NCBI GenBank assembly: GCA_040830765.1
Contig: JBFOMH010000027.1
Span: 1-64,000 of the forward strand
Reading direction: 5' to 3'
Source: Puniceicoccaceae bacterium
Lineage (GTDB): Bacteria > Verrucomicrobiota > Verrucomicrobiia > Opitutales > Oceanipulchritudinaceae
Length of the DNA: 64,000 nucleotides
Made by a program: the position numbers and the translations under genes. Positions 1 through 9,246 of the stretch are shown here, one piece after another (the first letter of the stretch is position 1; each line of letters opens with the position of its first letter). The notes under the pieces were generated by a model, which worked only from the letters and a program-made list of their open reading frames with translations, searched no databases and was not told where the DNA came from.

Positions 1-339
1 CGTGGGGCCGGGAGATGTTTGGCCGTTGTCCCCCCCCCCCCGCCTACTAGTTTTGCGAGTGGGTCTGGAATCCGGATTGCCTCTCAAATCGGGCGGGAAA
101 GGAGGTTTTGAAGGAACCCTTCCCCTCCCGGCGTTCGGAACCCGGTCGGTGGATGGTCAAGACCACCACCCCCCCCCGGCCAGCCGCGGGCGGGGGACCC
201 GGGACCCGCCTCCACCGAGAGAACAACAGCCCCCAGTGGAAGGAACCCGGGCTGCTTTATCCCAACAGATAGTTTATGCTATCTCGGCTTCTGAACTTAC
301 CGACATGCGAAGCAAGCGTGGCTGGTAGTCCTTCCTTGG

Positions 340-352
340 TCAGACTGTCTGA
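340..352. promoter_or_regulatory. Putative operator, palindrome TCAGAC-T-GTCTGA (copy 1 of locus motif)
   Basis: Perfect 6-bp inverted repeat 78 bp upstream of the ATG at 431; near-identical sites at 7029, 19314 and 30898. Confidence 0.6.
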
Positions 353-430
353 ATCACACCTTGTTGTCTCTACAGCTTTCTGATATCCAAATTCAGCTCT
401 TATCAGACTTCACCAAAGAGGTATCGCCCC

Positions 431-3046
431 ATGCATAATCGAATTACGAAACACCTGTGTCATCCAACAGTTGGACTGATCTTGTGGCTTTGCTCATTGA
501 GCAGCATCTCCGGTCAGTCCAATCCCCAGCTGGACCTGTGGTATGACCTCGAAACGGTCACGAGTAACAGTGCCACTTACAGCACGGTCGACAGTTACCG
601 GGGTGATTTTCATCTGGAGATTCACCCGAGTCGGAAATCCCAAGGTCGTAAACTGGTCCTCCTGCCGGGCGCTCCCGGGATGGCCTGGAAGAACGCCGCC
701 GACCTCGTCCTAGAGGGACAGATCAAGACAGAATTGGAGACCGTACTACGGGTCGTACGGATTTTCGATGCCAAGGGAAAATCAGTTGAATTCAAGATGA
801 AACAGGATGTGACCAATGCCGAATGGACTCCCTTGAGCATACCCTTGTACCCGAACAATAACGCTAAACAGAAGCTCCCCGGGTCGGTTTCTCGACTGGA
901 GTTCATCTTCAACCCAGGCCCCGGCTCGATTGCTTTTGATAACCTCAAACTCCGCTATGGCGAGGGCGCCTCACTTTACGTCACGGACAAGCCACTCAAT
1001 CAACGCTTGGCAGAGACCGCCGGTACCAGGGAATCCCGGATGAATGTTGCTTTCGCGGAGGCAGCCCGTGAGCCGCGGCACGATTCCCTGATGAATGAAT
1101 ACTTCGCCCGCCTCTGGGTCGCCCAAACCGATAATGAACTCAAGTCCGTCAACGACGATTTGCATCGCCTGCTTACTTCCAAGGATTCCGAGGAATGGAA
1201 CCAGCGCAGATTGAACGGCCACTGGAACCTGAGCGTGACGCACTTCCTGCTGCGCTGCTACAATACTTTCAGCGCACGCACGGATGGCGACAAGCAGGGG
1301 CGCCTCGAGAAGCGAACCGAGGATGCGCTCCTTGCCGTCCTGTGGGACCGGACGATCCACGAGAATGACATTTACATCACCCGCAACTCCACCTTGGCCA
1401 TGGACGGGAGTGAAAACCATGATCTCGACAGCAAGGTTGCTTCGTTGTTGGCATCAAAGATCTTCATGGAGCATTCGGACTGGGCGGACAAGGTTCTCCC
1501 CAATATCGGCAAGGGGAGCGGTTCCGGTTACTGGTTCCACCAGGATGGCAACACCCATGTTTACGGTCCGGAGGGCCTGGCTGAATGGCGGGCTGGTGAT
1601 ACCAAGGACTACGTTTCCCGCGACCATTACGAGGCATGGGTAGAGTATTTCCACCGCTTCATTGTCGACCGCGCCAAGTCCGGCTTCTTCCTCGAGAAAG
1701 CTTCCGGTCATTACATGACCTACACCATGGGCTATCTTTTCGACATGCACACCTGGTGCGGCGACGAAGCGCTCAAGGAGGCCACAGCGGATCTGCTCGA
1801 TGTCATCTGGGCCGAATGGGCCATCGATCAGCTTCATGGACTGCGGGGCGGCGCTAAAACCCGTTACAAATACCAGCCGAACCCCACCCCTGAGGGCATC
1901 CGCGATGCATTCTCCGGCATTGGCCAGTTCTTCTTTGGTGGAGCGGGCAATGCCCAGCACAATTATTTTTCAACAATGCTCTCTGACTATGAAATGCCGG
2001 AGATGGTCTGGAAGCTGGCCTTCGACCGTAAGTCTCTTGGGAGCTATGCTTACGCATCACGTCAGATCGGGGAGTCGCCAGCCAACTACATTGGTGAGCC
2101 CGGGCTGGAGCGTACCATCGTCTGCAATCCCACCTCAAGTCTTATCCGCTACAGCTGGGTCACGCCCGATTACATTCTTGGTACCCAGATGGATCATCCC
2201 GGTGCCACCCACAACCACCTGTCTGTTTCCGGCCGCTTCCAGGGACTGTTCTTTGCCGAGCCGCGCGGGGCAGCGGCGTATGTGAAGGGGATCATCGATG
2301 AGAAGGAATTCTCCACTCCGGCAATGAGGTATCCCTACAACAACACCATGGTCCGCAGTGTACAGGATAAGCAGGTGGCTGTCTTCCAGGCCGCCCGCCG
2401 GGTGCTCAGGCAGAGCCCGGCGTGGTTCCCCAATGAGACGCATCATCCCGATGGCATGATGGTTGGCTTTGCCAAGGCCCAGCATGTCGAGGAGGAGAAT
2501 GGATGGATATTCGTCCAGAACGGGGAAGGTCTGCTGGCTGTCCGGGTGGTCGACGGTGTACAGAAACCGATGAGCGGCGGGGGCAATGCGGCTAACAAGG
2601 GCGTCATCGATTACCCGTTGCAGTCTGAGCATGTCGACCTGGTCGAGACCCCGTACACATGGAATGAATCCATGGACAAGATCCTCTTCGACGACCTTTG
2701 GAGCCCAGTGATTTTCGAGGCTGGTCGTCTGGACGATTTCGGCAGCTTGCCAGCCTTCAAGGAATACATTTTCGGCAATAAAGTGACGCTCCTGAAAACC
2801 GTTGTCCCCGGATTTTACCGGCTGCGCTACGAGTACGGTGAGAACAATGAAAATCGTATCGATTTTAATGCTGGCAACCTGCAGATCCCCCGAATCAACG
2901 GAGCTCCGTTGGATTACGCTCCAGCCTACCTTTTTAATAGCCCCTTCCTTCAATCCGAATACCAGAGCGGTGTCATTTATTTCGGGCTTCCCCAGTCGCC
3001 CGAATCCGTTGTCACCAAGCGCTTCCTCCCGGAAAACAGGGAATGA
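431..3046 (+). CDS. Secreted SENH-family protein, paralog 1 (N-terminal CBM-like module + heparinase II/III-like putative lyase)
   Basis: 871 aa; signal peptide; GSENHDL, GFFLEKASGHY and YSWVTPDYILGTQMDHPGATHNHLS shared with other ORFs in the window; function inferred. Confidence 0.6.
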   Translation: MHNRITKHLCHPTVGLILWLCSLSSISGQSNPQLDLWYDLETVTSNSATYSTVDSYRGDFHLEIHPSRKSQGRKLVLLPGAPGMAWKNAADLVLEGQIKTELETVLRVVRIFDAKGKSVEFKMKQDVTNAEWTPLSIPLYPNNNAKQKLPGSVSRLEFIFNPGPGSIAFDNLKLRYGEGASLYVTDKPLNQRLAETAGTRESRMNVAFAEAAREPRHDSLMNEYFARLWVAQTDNELKSVNDDLHRLLTSKDSEEWNQRRLNGHWNLSVTHFLLRCYNTFSARTDGDKQGRLEKRTEDALLAVLWDRTIHENDIYITRNSTLAMDGSENHDLDSKVASLLASKIFMEHSDWADKVLPNIGKGSGSGYWFHQDGNTHVYGPEGLAEWRAGDTKDYVSRDHYEAWVEYFHRFIVDRAKSGFFLEKASGHYMTYTMGYLFDMHTWCGDEALKEATADLLDVIWAEWAIDQLHGLRGGAKTRYKYQPNPTPEGIRDAFSGIGQFFFGGAGNAQHNYFSTMLSDYEMPEMVWKLAFDRKSLGSYAYASRQIGESPANYIGEPGLERTIVCNPTSSLIRYSWVTPDYILGTQMDHPGATHNHLSVSGRFQGLFFAEPRGAAAYVKGIIDEKEFSTPAMRYPYNNTMVRSVQDKQVAVFQAARRVLRQSPAWFPNETHHPDGMMVGFAKAQHVEEENGWIFVQNGEGLLAVRVVDGVQKPMSGGGNAANKGVIDYPLQSEHVDLVETPYTWNESMDKILFDDLWSPVIFEAGRLDDFGSLPAFKEYIFGNKVTLLKTVVPGFYRLRYEYGENNENRIDFNAGNLQIPRINGAPLDYAPAYLFNSPFLQSEYQSGVIYFGLPQSPESVVTKRFLPENRE

Positions 3047-3867
3047 AAAAACAAATTCAGCATTCAATCTGGATATCCATTCTCCTGACGATCTCGATGT
3101 TGAATTACTGCCATGCAGCTAACTGTGTTTTCCTATTGGGAGGCCAGTCCAATATGGTCGGGCTGGGGGTGAGCAGTGAGCTCACGCCGCCTTATGATGT
3201 ACCACAGGAGGATGTGAAGTTCTGGAATGACGGATGGGTCCCTTTGTCCCCTGGCTTCGGGAATAAATCGGATAACTTTGGTCCGGAGGTGTCGTTTGGC
3301 CGGGCGATCAAGGAGGCACTGCCAGAGGATACCATTTACCTGGTCAAATATGGTTCCAATGGCAAAGCCTTGTATAACGACTTCAAGCCGTACATAGGCA
3401 GGCACTACCTCAAGATGATGGATACCTTCAGGGCAGCCCTGGCCAACCTGGATGAGGCCGGGATTGACTACGAAATTTCTGGTATGCTGTGGATGCAGGG
3501 CGAGAGCGATGCCTATGAATCGCAGGCGGTCGCCTACGAGGCTAACCTCATCCGTTTTATTGAGGTGATGCGCAAGGAGTTTGATGCTCCGGAAATGCCG
3601 TTTATCATTGCCCGTGTACTCAATTACTTTGGAGGTATCGAGCCTCCCAAGATTGGCGAACAATCCGAACCCACCCAGGCTTACATCGTCCGCACGACTC
3701 AAGTTCGGGTCGCCGAAAATACCGCATTTACGGCCTGGTTTGACACCGACGATTATGCTGTTGTGGATCCCATCAGTGATCGCGGCCACTACGGCACGCA
3801 GGGCCAACTTGATTTGGGTAAGGACTTTGCCTCGGCTGTCTTGGAATTTGTAACTGAGTTCGATTAA
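3043..3867 (+). CDS. SASA/CE6-type carbohydrate acetylesterase (sialate O-acetylesterase-like)
   Basis: GGQSNM, FGPEVSFG, WMQGESD and DRGH (DxxH) motifs; signal peptide; ATGA overlap with upstream gene. Confidence 0.85.
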   Translation: MKKQIQHSIWISILLTISMLNYCHAANCVFLLGGQSNMVGLGVSSELTPPYDVPQEDVKFWNDGWVPLSPGFGNKSDNFGPEVSFGRAIKEALPEDTIYLVKYGSNGKALYNDFKPYIGRHYLKMMDTFRAALANLDEAGIDYEISGMLWMQGESDAYESQAVAYEANLIRFIEVMRKEFDAPEMPFIIARVLNYFGGIEPPKIGEQSEPTQAYIVRTTQVRVAENTAFTAWFDTDDYAVVDPISDRGHYGTQGQLDLGKDFASAVLEFVTEFD

Positions 3868-3884
3868 TCTCAAGATCCTGAATT

Positions 3885-4559
3885 ATGAAAAATAGACCAT
3901 CCTTCTCCAGCGCCTGTTTCGCAATCCTCAGCACTTTCATGGGATTAGCATCTGCATTTGCTGAATCCATTTCCGTTGAGGAATTGAATTCGGGGTGGGC
4001 TTTCTACGGTAATGGCATCAGGAAAGCCGAACGCGGCATGCTCTACATGAAGGAGTCTCCCGGGAGCCTCGGTGTCATGTTGGTCAGTCCGGACGCGTAC
4101 GGGGAGGCTGTCACGGTCAAATATGAAATCATGCCCCTGACGGCCGCCAGTGTTTGTGTCCTTGTCATGTCAGCTTCCGACCCGGGTGATGCCTTGACGC
4201 TGAACCTGCCGGATAACTATGACGGGTCCATGGGGCATTGGATCAATTCCACGGAGAACTACTTCTTCGCATTCCACAACGCCTCTCACAACCGCTTCCC
4301 ATTTGCCATTCGTTTTCCCGAAAGGAAGTTAATTGATGAACATCAAGAAAGCGTGATGACCAACGGGAAATTTCATGAAGTCGAGGTGGGGCGCAAGGAT
4401 GGCAAAATCTGGCTCAAAATTGATGGCAAGACGATTGTTGAGGGAGTTGACGAAGATCCACTGGGTGCCGGTTACTTGGCCTTCCGCATTCGGGGACTCA
4501 GTGAAGAGCCGGCTGCCTGTTTGATCAGAAAAGTGCGCATTGAGACTCACCTTGAATAA
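3885..4559 (+). CDS. Secreted concanavalin-A-like beta-sandwich protein (DUF1961/YesU-like)
   Basis: 224 aa, signal peptide, beta-rich; C-terminal 'IWLKIDGK...D..PLGAGYLAFR' pattern. Confidence 0.5.
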   Translation: MKNRPSFSSACFAILSTFMGLASAFAESISVEELNSGWAFYGNGIRKAERGMLYMKESPGSLGVMLVSPDAYGEAVTVKYEIMPLTAASVCVLVMSASDPGDALTLNLPDNYDGSMGHWINSTENYFFAFHNASHNRFPFAIRFPERKLIDEHQESVMTNGKFHEVEVGRKDGKIWLKIDGKTIVEGVDEDPLGAGYLAFRIRGLSEEPAACLIRKVRIETHLE

Positions 4560-4617
4560 ATAACCGGGCCAGATCACACTCCGCTCAGAAGTCTCCCATT
4601 ACATTACGTCCAACCGT

Positions 4618-5484
4618 ATGATCTATTCGTCCACTATGAAAAGAATCCTTATTATTTCCATGTTCCTTCTGGGGATTGCTGCTCATGCCACTTGCGCGCT
4701 GGCCGAGGAGCAATCGCAGGTTCATTGGACCCAGCTCTTTGCCTTCGGGGACAGTTTCAGCGACAGCGGAGCCGGATACGTGGACGGTAATGGGCCGACA
4801 GCAATCGTCTACGCGGCAAGGGAGCTTGGCATTCCCTTTACGCATGCCGCAGATCCTGACGCCGGCAACAAGGGCCTTAATTACGCATTCAGCGGTGCGC
4901 GGACCGGCGAAGGGGAACGCAGGCAAGTCAAGGATGTCTTCCTCGAATACGGCATGCAGAACCAGGTCAGTGACTTCGTCGCAGGGGTTCAATCAGGGAA
5001 GATAACTTTCGACCCGGAGCATACCCTCTTCTTCCTCGCCGGAGGATTGAACGACAAGAAACTGGAGACGGCGGATACGGTCAATAACATAACCCGGCTG
5101 GTCCGCCGCCTGCATGCCGTCGGGGCCCGGCACTTTTTTATTGCGGTACTGCCGACTGAAATCGGTTCATTCAACGCGGTCGCCACGCGTTTGAATCCTG
5201 CGTTGAGAGCTCTCCCGGCAGTGCTACAGGAGGAATTCCCGGACGCCACCATCCGAACCAGCCGTTGGGGTGAATTCTTTGACAAGGTGAAGCTTGAGGC
5301 GGCCGACTACGGAATCACCAACACGACCGATAAATGTGCGGGCCGCGCCATCTTTGACCAGGACACCACACCGCGTGGAGATCCGGACACCTACTACTTC
5401 TACCACAGCAATCACCCCTCAACGACCACCCATGAACAAGTGGGCAAGATGCTAGCCAACGAGTTCCGCCAGGCTGTCGAATAA
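4618..5484 (+). CDS. SGNH/GDSL hydrolase (esterase)
   Basis: FGDSFSDSG block I, NYAFSGA block II, GGLND block III, terminal HSNHP; signal peptide (start may be 4636). Confidence 0.85.
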   Translation: MIYSSTMKRILIISMFLLGIAAHATCALAEEQSQVHWTQLFAFGDSFSDSGAGYVDGNGPTAIVYAARELGIPFTHAADPDAGNKGLNYAFSGARTGEGERRQVKDVFLEYGMQNQVSDFVAGVQSGKITFDPEHTLFFLAGGLNDKKLETADTVNNITRLVRRLHAVGARHFFIAVLPTEIGSFNAVATRLNPALRALPAVLQEEFPDATIRTSRWGEFFDKVKLEAADYGITNTTDKCAGRAIFDQDTTPRGDPDTYYFYHSNHPSTTTHEQVGKMLANEFRQAVE

Positions 5485-5507
5485 ATGCAAATCCGCTCGC
5501 GGTATTC

Positions 5508-6926
5508 CTACCGCGAATCAGGCGCCTGTGCAGAGTGCCACTCCTCGATCTTTTTTCGAAGCCGCTCGACGATATGGGGCCTGTTGACGGCAATATCATT
5601 CTTCTCAGCAGGATCGTCCTTCAGGTTAAAGAGCCGATGAGAGGCCGTATCCCATTCGTGGAAGATCCTGTATTTTGTCGTATCCTTGCCGCTGTAGCGT
5701 AGAATCAGTTTCCAGTCGCCCTCAATACACCAGAGGTATTGCAGCGTGTCGTCGGGATCCCCGACCGTCATGTTATGGCTGGCATGGAAGGATCCAAATA
5801 TGGCTTTGCGATCCATCACCGCTTTCCGGTCCAGCAGATTGATGCCAGTAAGGTCCTCAGGCACTGCAAAGCCGGCCAAATTGGCAATCGTCGGGAAGAG
5901 ATCATTGCTGTGGGCAAAATGATTGGATTTCTCCGGCTCAACGGTCCCGGGCCAGGAGACCAGGATGGGTGTGCGGATTCCATTTTCATACGGAGACCCC
6001 TTGGAGCGCATGGCGAATCCCTCGTAAGCCTGCTCACGCGGCCAGTCGCCGGTTGTGCTGGCGGGTGCCCAGCCGTTGTCGCAGATGTAAATGACGACAG
6101 TCTCTTCAAGAAGCTCCCGTGTCTTGATAATATCCATCAATTCCCCGCAAGTCTCATCAAACCACTCGATCATGGCATAGTACTTTGCCACATCCAGGGC
6201 GCGGCCTTCCTTGTTGTATTTTTCCAGCAAACGATCCGGGGGATTATGCGGAGTATGGGGCAGGAATGGGGCATACCACAGGAAGAAGGGCTTTTCCTCT
6301 TCCAAGGCATGATCGATGAATTGTTCTATCGGTTCCATCCCTTCGCGGCCAATGACCAGGCCCTTGTCGCCGTGGCGTTCCCCTTCGGTCATTCCATGGG
6401 TAAAGCCTCCGTCAGCATAGGATCCCTCCCACCACTTGCCGGATTGATGGGTCAAATATCCGCTCTCGGTCAGGCCGCGGACAAAACTCGGCAACTGGTG
6501 GAAGCTGTCCCGCACTGGTTTGTCCAGCGGCTCCCGCTTCCCGCGCAGCAATACCGTTTCGCCCTTTTCGTTAATGACAAACATGCCACCGGTGACGTCA
6601 TTGGCCATGATGCCATGTTCAGCGGGGAATCGCCCGGTCACCATGGATGCCAGCGAAGGCCGGCACAGCGGGGTCGCCACATATCCGCGATCAAAGCGCA
6701 GGCTCAAGTCGGCCAGCTTGTCCAGCTTCGGGGTCTGGACATCCGGATGTCCCATGAATCCATAGTCCGTCCATGCCTGGTCATCACTGATGATCAGGAC
6801 AATGTTCGGGCGGGACTGTTTTGGATTCGCTTCTCCCTCGGCAAGGGTGGTCAGTGGCAGCAATGTCTGGGCCGCCAGAATTAGCAGGATAATGGGGTGA
6901 GGGTAGCTTGAATGGATTTGGTTCAT
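5508..6926 (-). CDS. Formylglycine-dependent sulfatase (S1 family), variant CRPSL motif
   Basis: RPNIVLIISDD, LCRPSLASMVTG, SGKW, PHTPH, DNG, KGSPYENGIRTP; start placed at MNQIH ahead of signal peptide. Confidence 0.9.
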   Translation of the reverse strand: MNQIHSSYPHPIILLILAAQTLLPLTTLAEGEANPKQSRPNIVLIISDDQAWTDYGFMGHPDVQTPKLDKLADLSLRFDRGYVATPLCRPSLASMVTGRFPAEHGIMANDVTGGMFVINEKGETVLLRGKREPLDKPVRDSFHQLPSFVRGLTESGYLTHQSGKWWEGSYADGGFTHGMTEGERHGDKGLVIGREGMEPIEQFIDHALEEEKPFFLWYAPFLPHTPHNPPDRLLEKYNKEGRALDVAKYYAMIEWFDETCGELMDIIKTRELLEETVVIYICDNGWAPASTTGDWPREQAYEGFAMRSKGSPYENGIRTPILVSWPGTVEPEKSNHFAHSNDLFPTIANLAGFAVPEDLTGINLLDRKAVMDRKAIFGSFHASHNMTVGDPDDTLQYLWCIEGDWKLILRYSGKDTTKYRIFHEWDTASHRLFNLKDDPAEKNDIAVNRPHIVERLRKKIEEWHSAQAPDSR

Positions 6927-7028
6927 CGGAGTGTCTCTTTTAGGTTCCGCACCGGACTTCACAGTAAAAGTGTACTTACCGGGATGATAGTATGCGTCAA
7001 AGCACAAGGTTTGTAACTTCCGTGCTTT

Positions 7029-7041
7029 TCTGACAGTCTGA
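7029..7041. promoter_or_regulatory. Putative operator TCTGACAGTCTGA (copy 2)
   Basis: In the divergent intergenic region between the sulfatase and paralog 2; reverse complement TCAGACTGTCAGA differs from copy 1 at one base. Confidence 0.6.
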
Positions 7042-7149
7042 AATTCATTGAATAGACTAATGTGAAAGAGCTATCAACAATCGATGAATCCCAGTATGAT
7101 TCCGGTCCTGGAGAGCTCAGGATTTACCCACCCAATTTAAGGAAACCCT

Positions 7150-9231
7150 ATGAAATCATTACTCTACACAACATGTGTGTTATCGGCTATTTGTCCCCTG
7201 ATCTCTGGCGGCAAGGCTTTCACGAGTCCTCTTGAGGATCTGGACTTTGTCTATGCCGAGGAAGCGATCCAAGCCTACATTGACCAGGCGCAGGCAACCA
7301 AGATGGAGCGGGCGCGGGAGGCCTTTCTAAAGGCCACCGGCGAGGGCTTGAGGCAGGCATTCTGCCCGTATTTTGCGGACATCTGGTTGGGCCGGGACCT
7401 GGACCGGGTCAATGCCGAGCTGGTCGAGATTCTCAGGAGCGAAGACCCGGTGGTCCAGCAGAAGTACCGTCTCAATGACAAGTGGGGCCTGGTCATCAAG
7501 CAGCAGTTCTACCACCTGTATTACGCATTTGGGACCAAGGGATCGCTTGCCCCGGGAAGATTGTATCCGGAAACGGAGAAAGCGCTATTGGATGCCCTCT
7601 GGGACCAGATGAAGTACAAGGATGACATCCATCTGGCCCGGTTAAGCACGTGGTGGATGATCGGCAGTGAGAATCACGACCTCGTTTCCAAGGTAAGCAG
7701 CCTGATCAGTGCGCAGATCTTCATGCATGAGCCGGATTACAAGGACCGGGTCTACCCGGATCTCGGCACTGGCGGGGGCTACACCTACTGGTTTCACCGC
7801 ATGTATGCCCAGCACGCGGTGGACGGCCCGGAAGGCCGGGCTGAGGACAAGGATGGAAAGGACTATACGGCGGCGGATCATTATGAAGCCTGGGTGCATT
7901 ACTTTGATGAATATTTCAACGAGCGAGCGAGGAGGGGCTTCTTTCTGGAAGTGGCGTCGCCCGGGTACATGGCTGTTACCGTTTCCCATTTGACGGACAT
8001 TTATGATCTTTGTCAGGACCCGGCATTATCGGAAAAGGCAGGGAACTTCATGGATGTGGTCTGGGCGGACTGGGTGCAAGACCAGCTCAATGGGGTACGG
8101 GGCGGTGCCAAGACCCGTGCGGACGGAAAGGCATGGAATGACGCCATGTACCGGTTTGCCCGTTTTTATACCGGCGGTGAAGGGAGTGCCCAGGGAAATA
8201 TATTCACCCTGTTGCTGAGCAAATACGAACTGAAGCCCATCCACTGGCATCTGGCACTGGATCGTGAGGGACTTGGGGAATTCGCCTTCCTTTCCCGGAA
8301 GCCGGGAGAAGAGGAAGGGGTCTGGCCACGACCACTGGGTACGGAGCGGACGCTGGTCTGTGACACCGAGTCCCGGTTATTGCGCTACAGTTGGGTAACC
8401 CCCGACTATATCATGGGTTGCCAGATGGATCATCCAGGAGCGGTGCACAGTCATTTGAGCAACCAGGCCCGTTGGCAGGGCGTTACCTTCAAGGGTGAGG
8501 ACGGTCCGCGAGTCTACCCGGTTGACCTTGCAGTTGGCGAGGACGGCAACTCCGCCAAGACCAAGGCAACCGGCTACATCAGGGGTGTCCAGGACAAGAA
8601 TGTAATGATCCTCCAACAGGCACGTCGTTTCACGCAAATGAACCCGGACTGGTTCCCGGCCAAGAGTATCTCAAATCTCGATTACGGCATCCACTTTGGG
8701 GACAATCTGGACCGTATCGAGGAAGCCGGAGGATGGGTCTTCGTGGAACATGGGGATGCCTTTTTGGCGGTCCGACCCGTTATGGGCGAATATGCCGAGG
8801 GATGGACAATCCTCGTCGATCCCTCCAGTCCGGGACTGACCAGTGTGATCCACGAGGACAGCTATGACTGGAGTCCCGACAGAAAGATGATCTACCTCAA
8901 GGACAAGTATGCCGGCATGATCTTTGAAGCCTCGCGCCGGGATCATCACGGGAGTCTTGAGGACTTCATGGCCGATATTTTGGATAATCCGCTGGTTCTC
9001 GATAAGACGGTTGTTCCGGGCTTCCACGTCCTGCGCTACCGGGGTTGCGGCGAGGATGCCAGGGAGATTACCTTCAACCTTTCCAACAGCGAGATGCCTT
9101 TCGTCGGTGGTGAACGGGTGAATTATGCGCCGGAGATGCTGTTCGATAGCCCGTATCTGAAATCACAATATAAGAGCGGAGTAGTTGAAATCAGCAAAGG
9201 GGACAGAAAACTCCATCTGGAATTCAACTAG
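7150..9231 (+). CDS. Secreted SENH-family protein, paralog 2 (heparinase II/III-like putative lyase)
   Basis: 693 aa; GSENHDL, GFFLEVASPGY, VHSHLS; colinear with paralog 5. Confidence 0.6.
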   Translation: MKSLLYTTCVLSAICPLISGGKAFTSPLEDLDFVYAEEAIQAYIDQAQATKMERAREAFLKATGEGLRQAFCPYFADIWLGRDLDRVNAELVEILRSEDPVVQQKYRLNDKWGLVIKQQFYHLYYAFGTKGSLAPGRLYPETEKALLDALWDQMKYKDDIHLARLSTWWMIGSENHDLVSKVSSLISAQIFMHEPDYKDRVYPDLGTGGGYTYWFHRMYAQHAVDGPEGRAEDKDGKDYTAADHYEAWVHYFDEYFNERARRGFFLEVASPGYMAVTVSHLTDIYDLCQDPALSEKAGNFMDVVWADWVQDQLNGVRGGAKTRADGKAWNDAMYRFARFYTGGEGSAQGNIFTLLLSKYELKPIHWHLALDREGLGEFAFLSRKPGEEEGVWPRPLGTERTLVCDTESRLLRYSWVTPDYIMGCQMDHPGAVHSHLSNQARWQGVTFKGEDGPRVYPVDLAVGEDGNSAKTKATGYIRGVQDKNVMILQQARRFTQMNPDWFPAKSISNLDYGIHFGDNLDRIEEAGGWVFVEHGDAFLAVRPVMGEYAEGWTILVDPSSPGLTSVIHEDSYDWSPDRKMIYLKDKYAGMIFEASRRDHHGSLEDFMADILDNPLVLDKTVVPGFHVLRYRGCGEDAREITFNLSNSEMPFVGGERVNYAPEMLFDSPYLKSQYKSGVVEISKGDRKLHLEFN

Positions 9232-9246
9232 GAAAGCTCCGCCAGG

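Noticed and set aside
2..328. 108-aa Pro/Gly-rich ORF at the window start
   Set aside because: Low complexity, long C homopolymers and no motifs; more likely non-coding or poor-quality sequence
5739..6884. 381-aa + strand ORF and similar long antisense ORFs (2135-3067, 18321-19313, 32595-33536, 48166-49452, 53081-54103, 54893-55855)
   Set aside because: Shadow frames opposite well-supported genes, expected with high GC3; no motifs of their own
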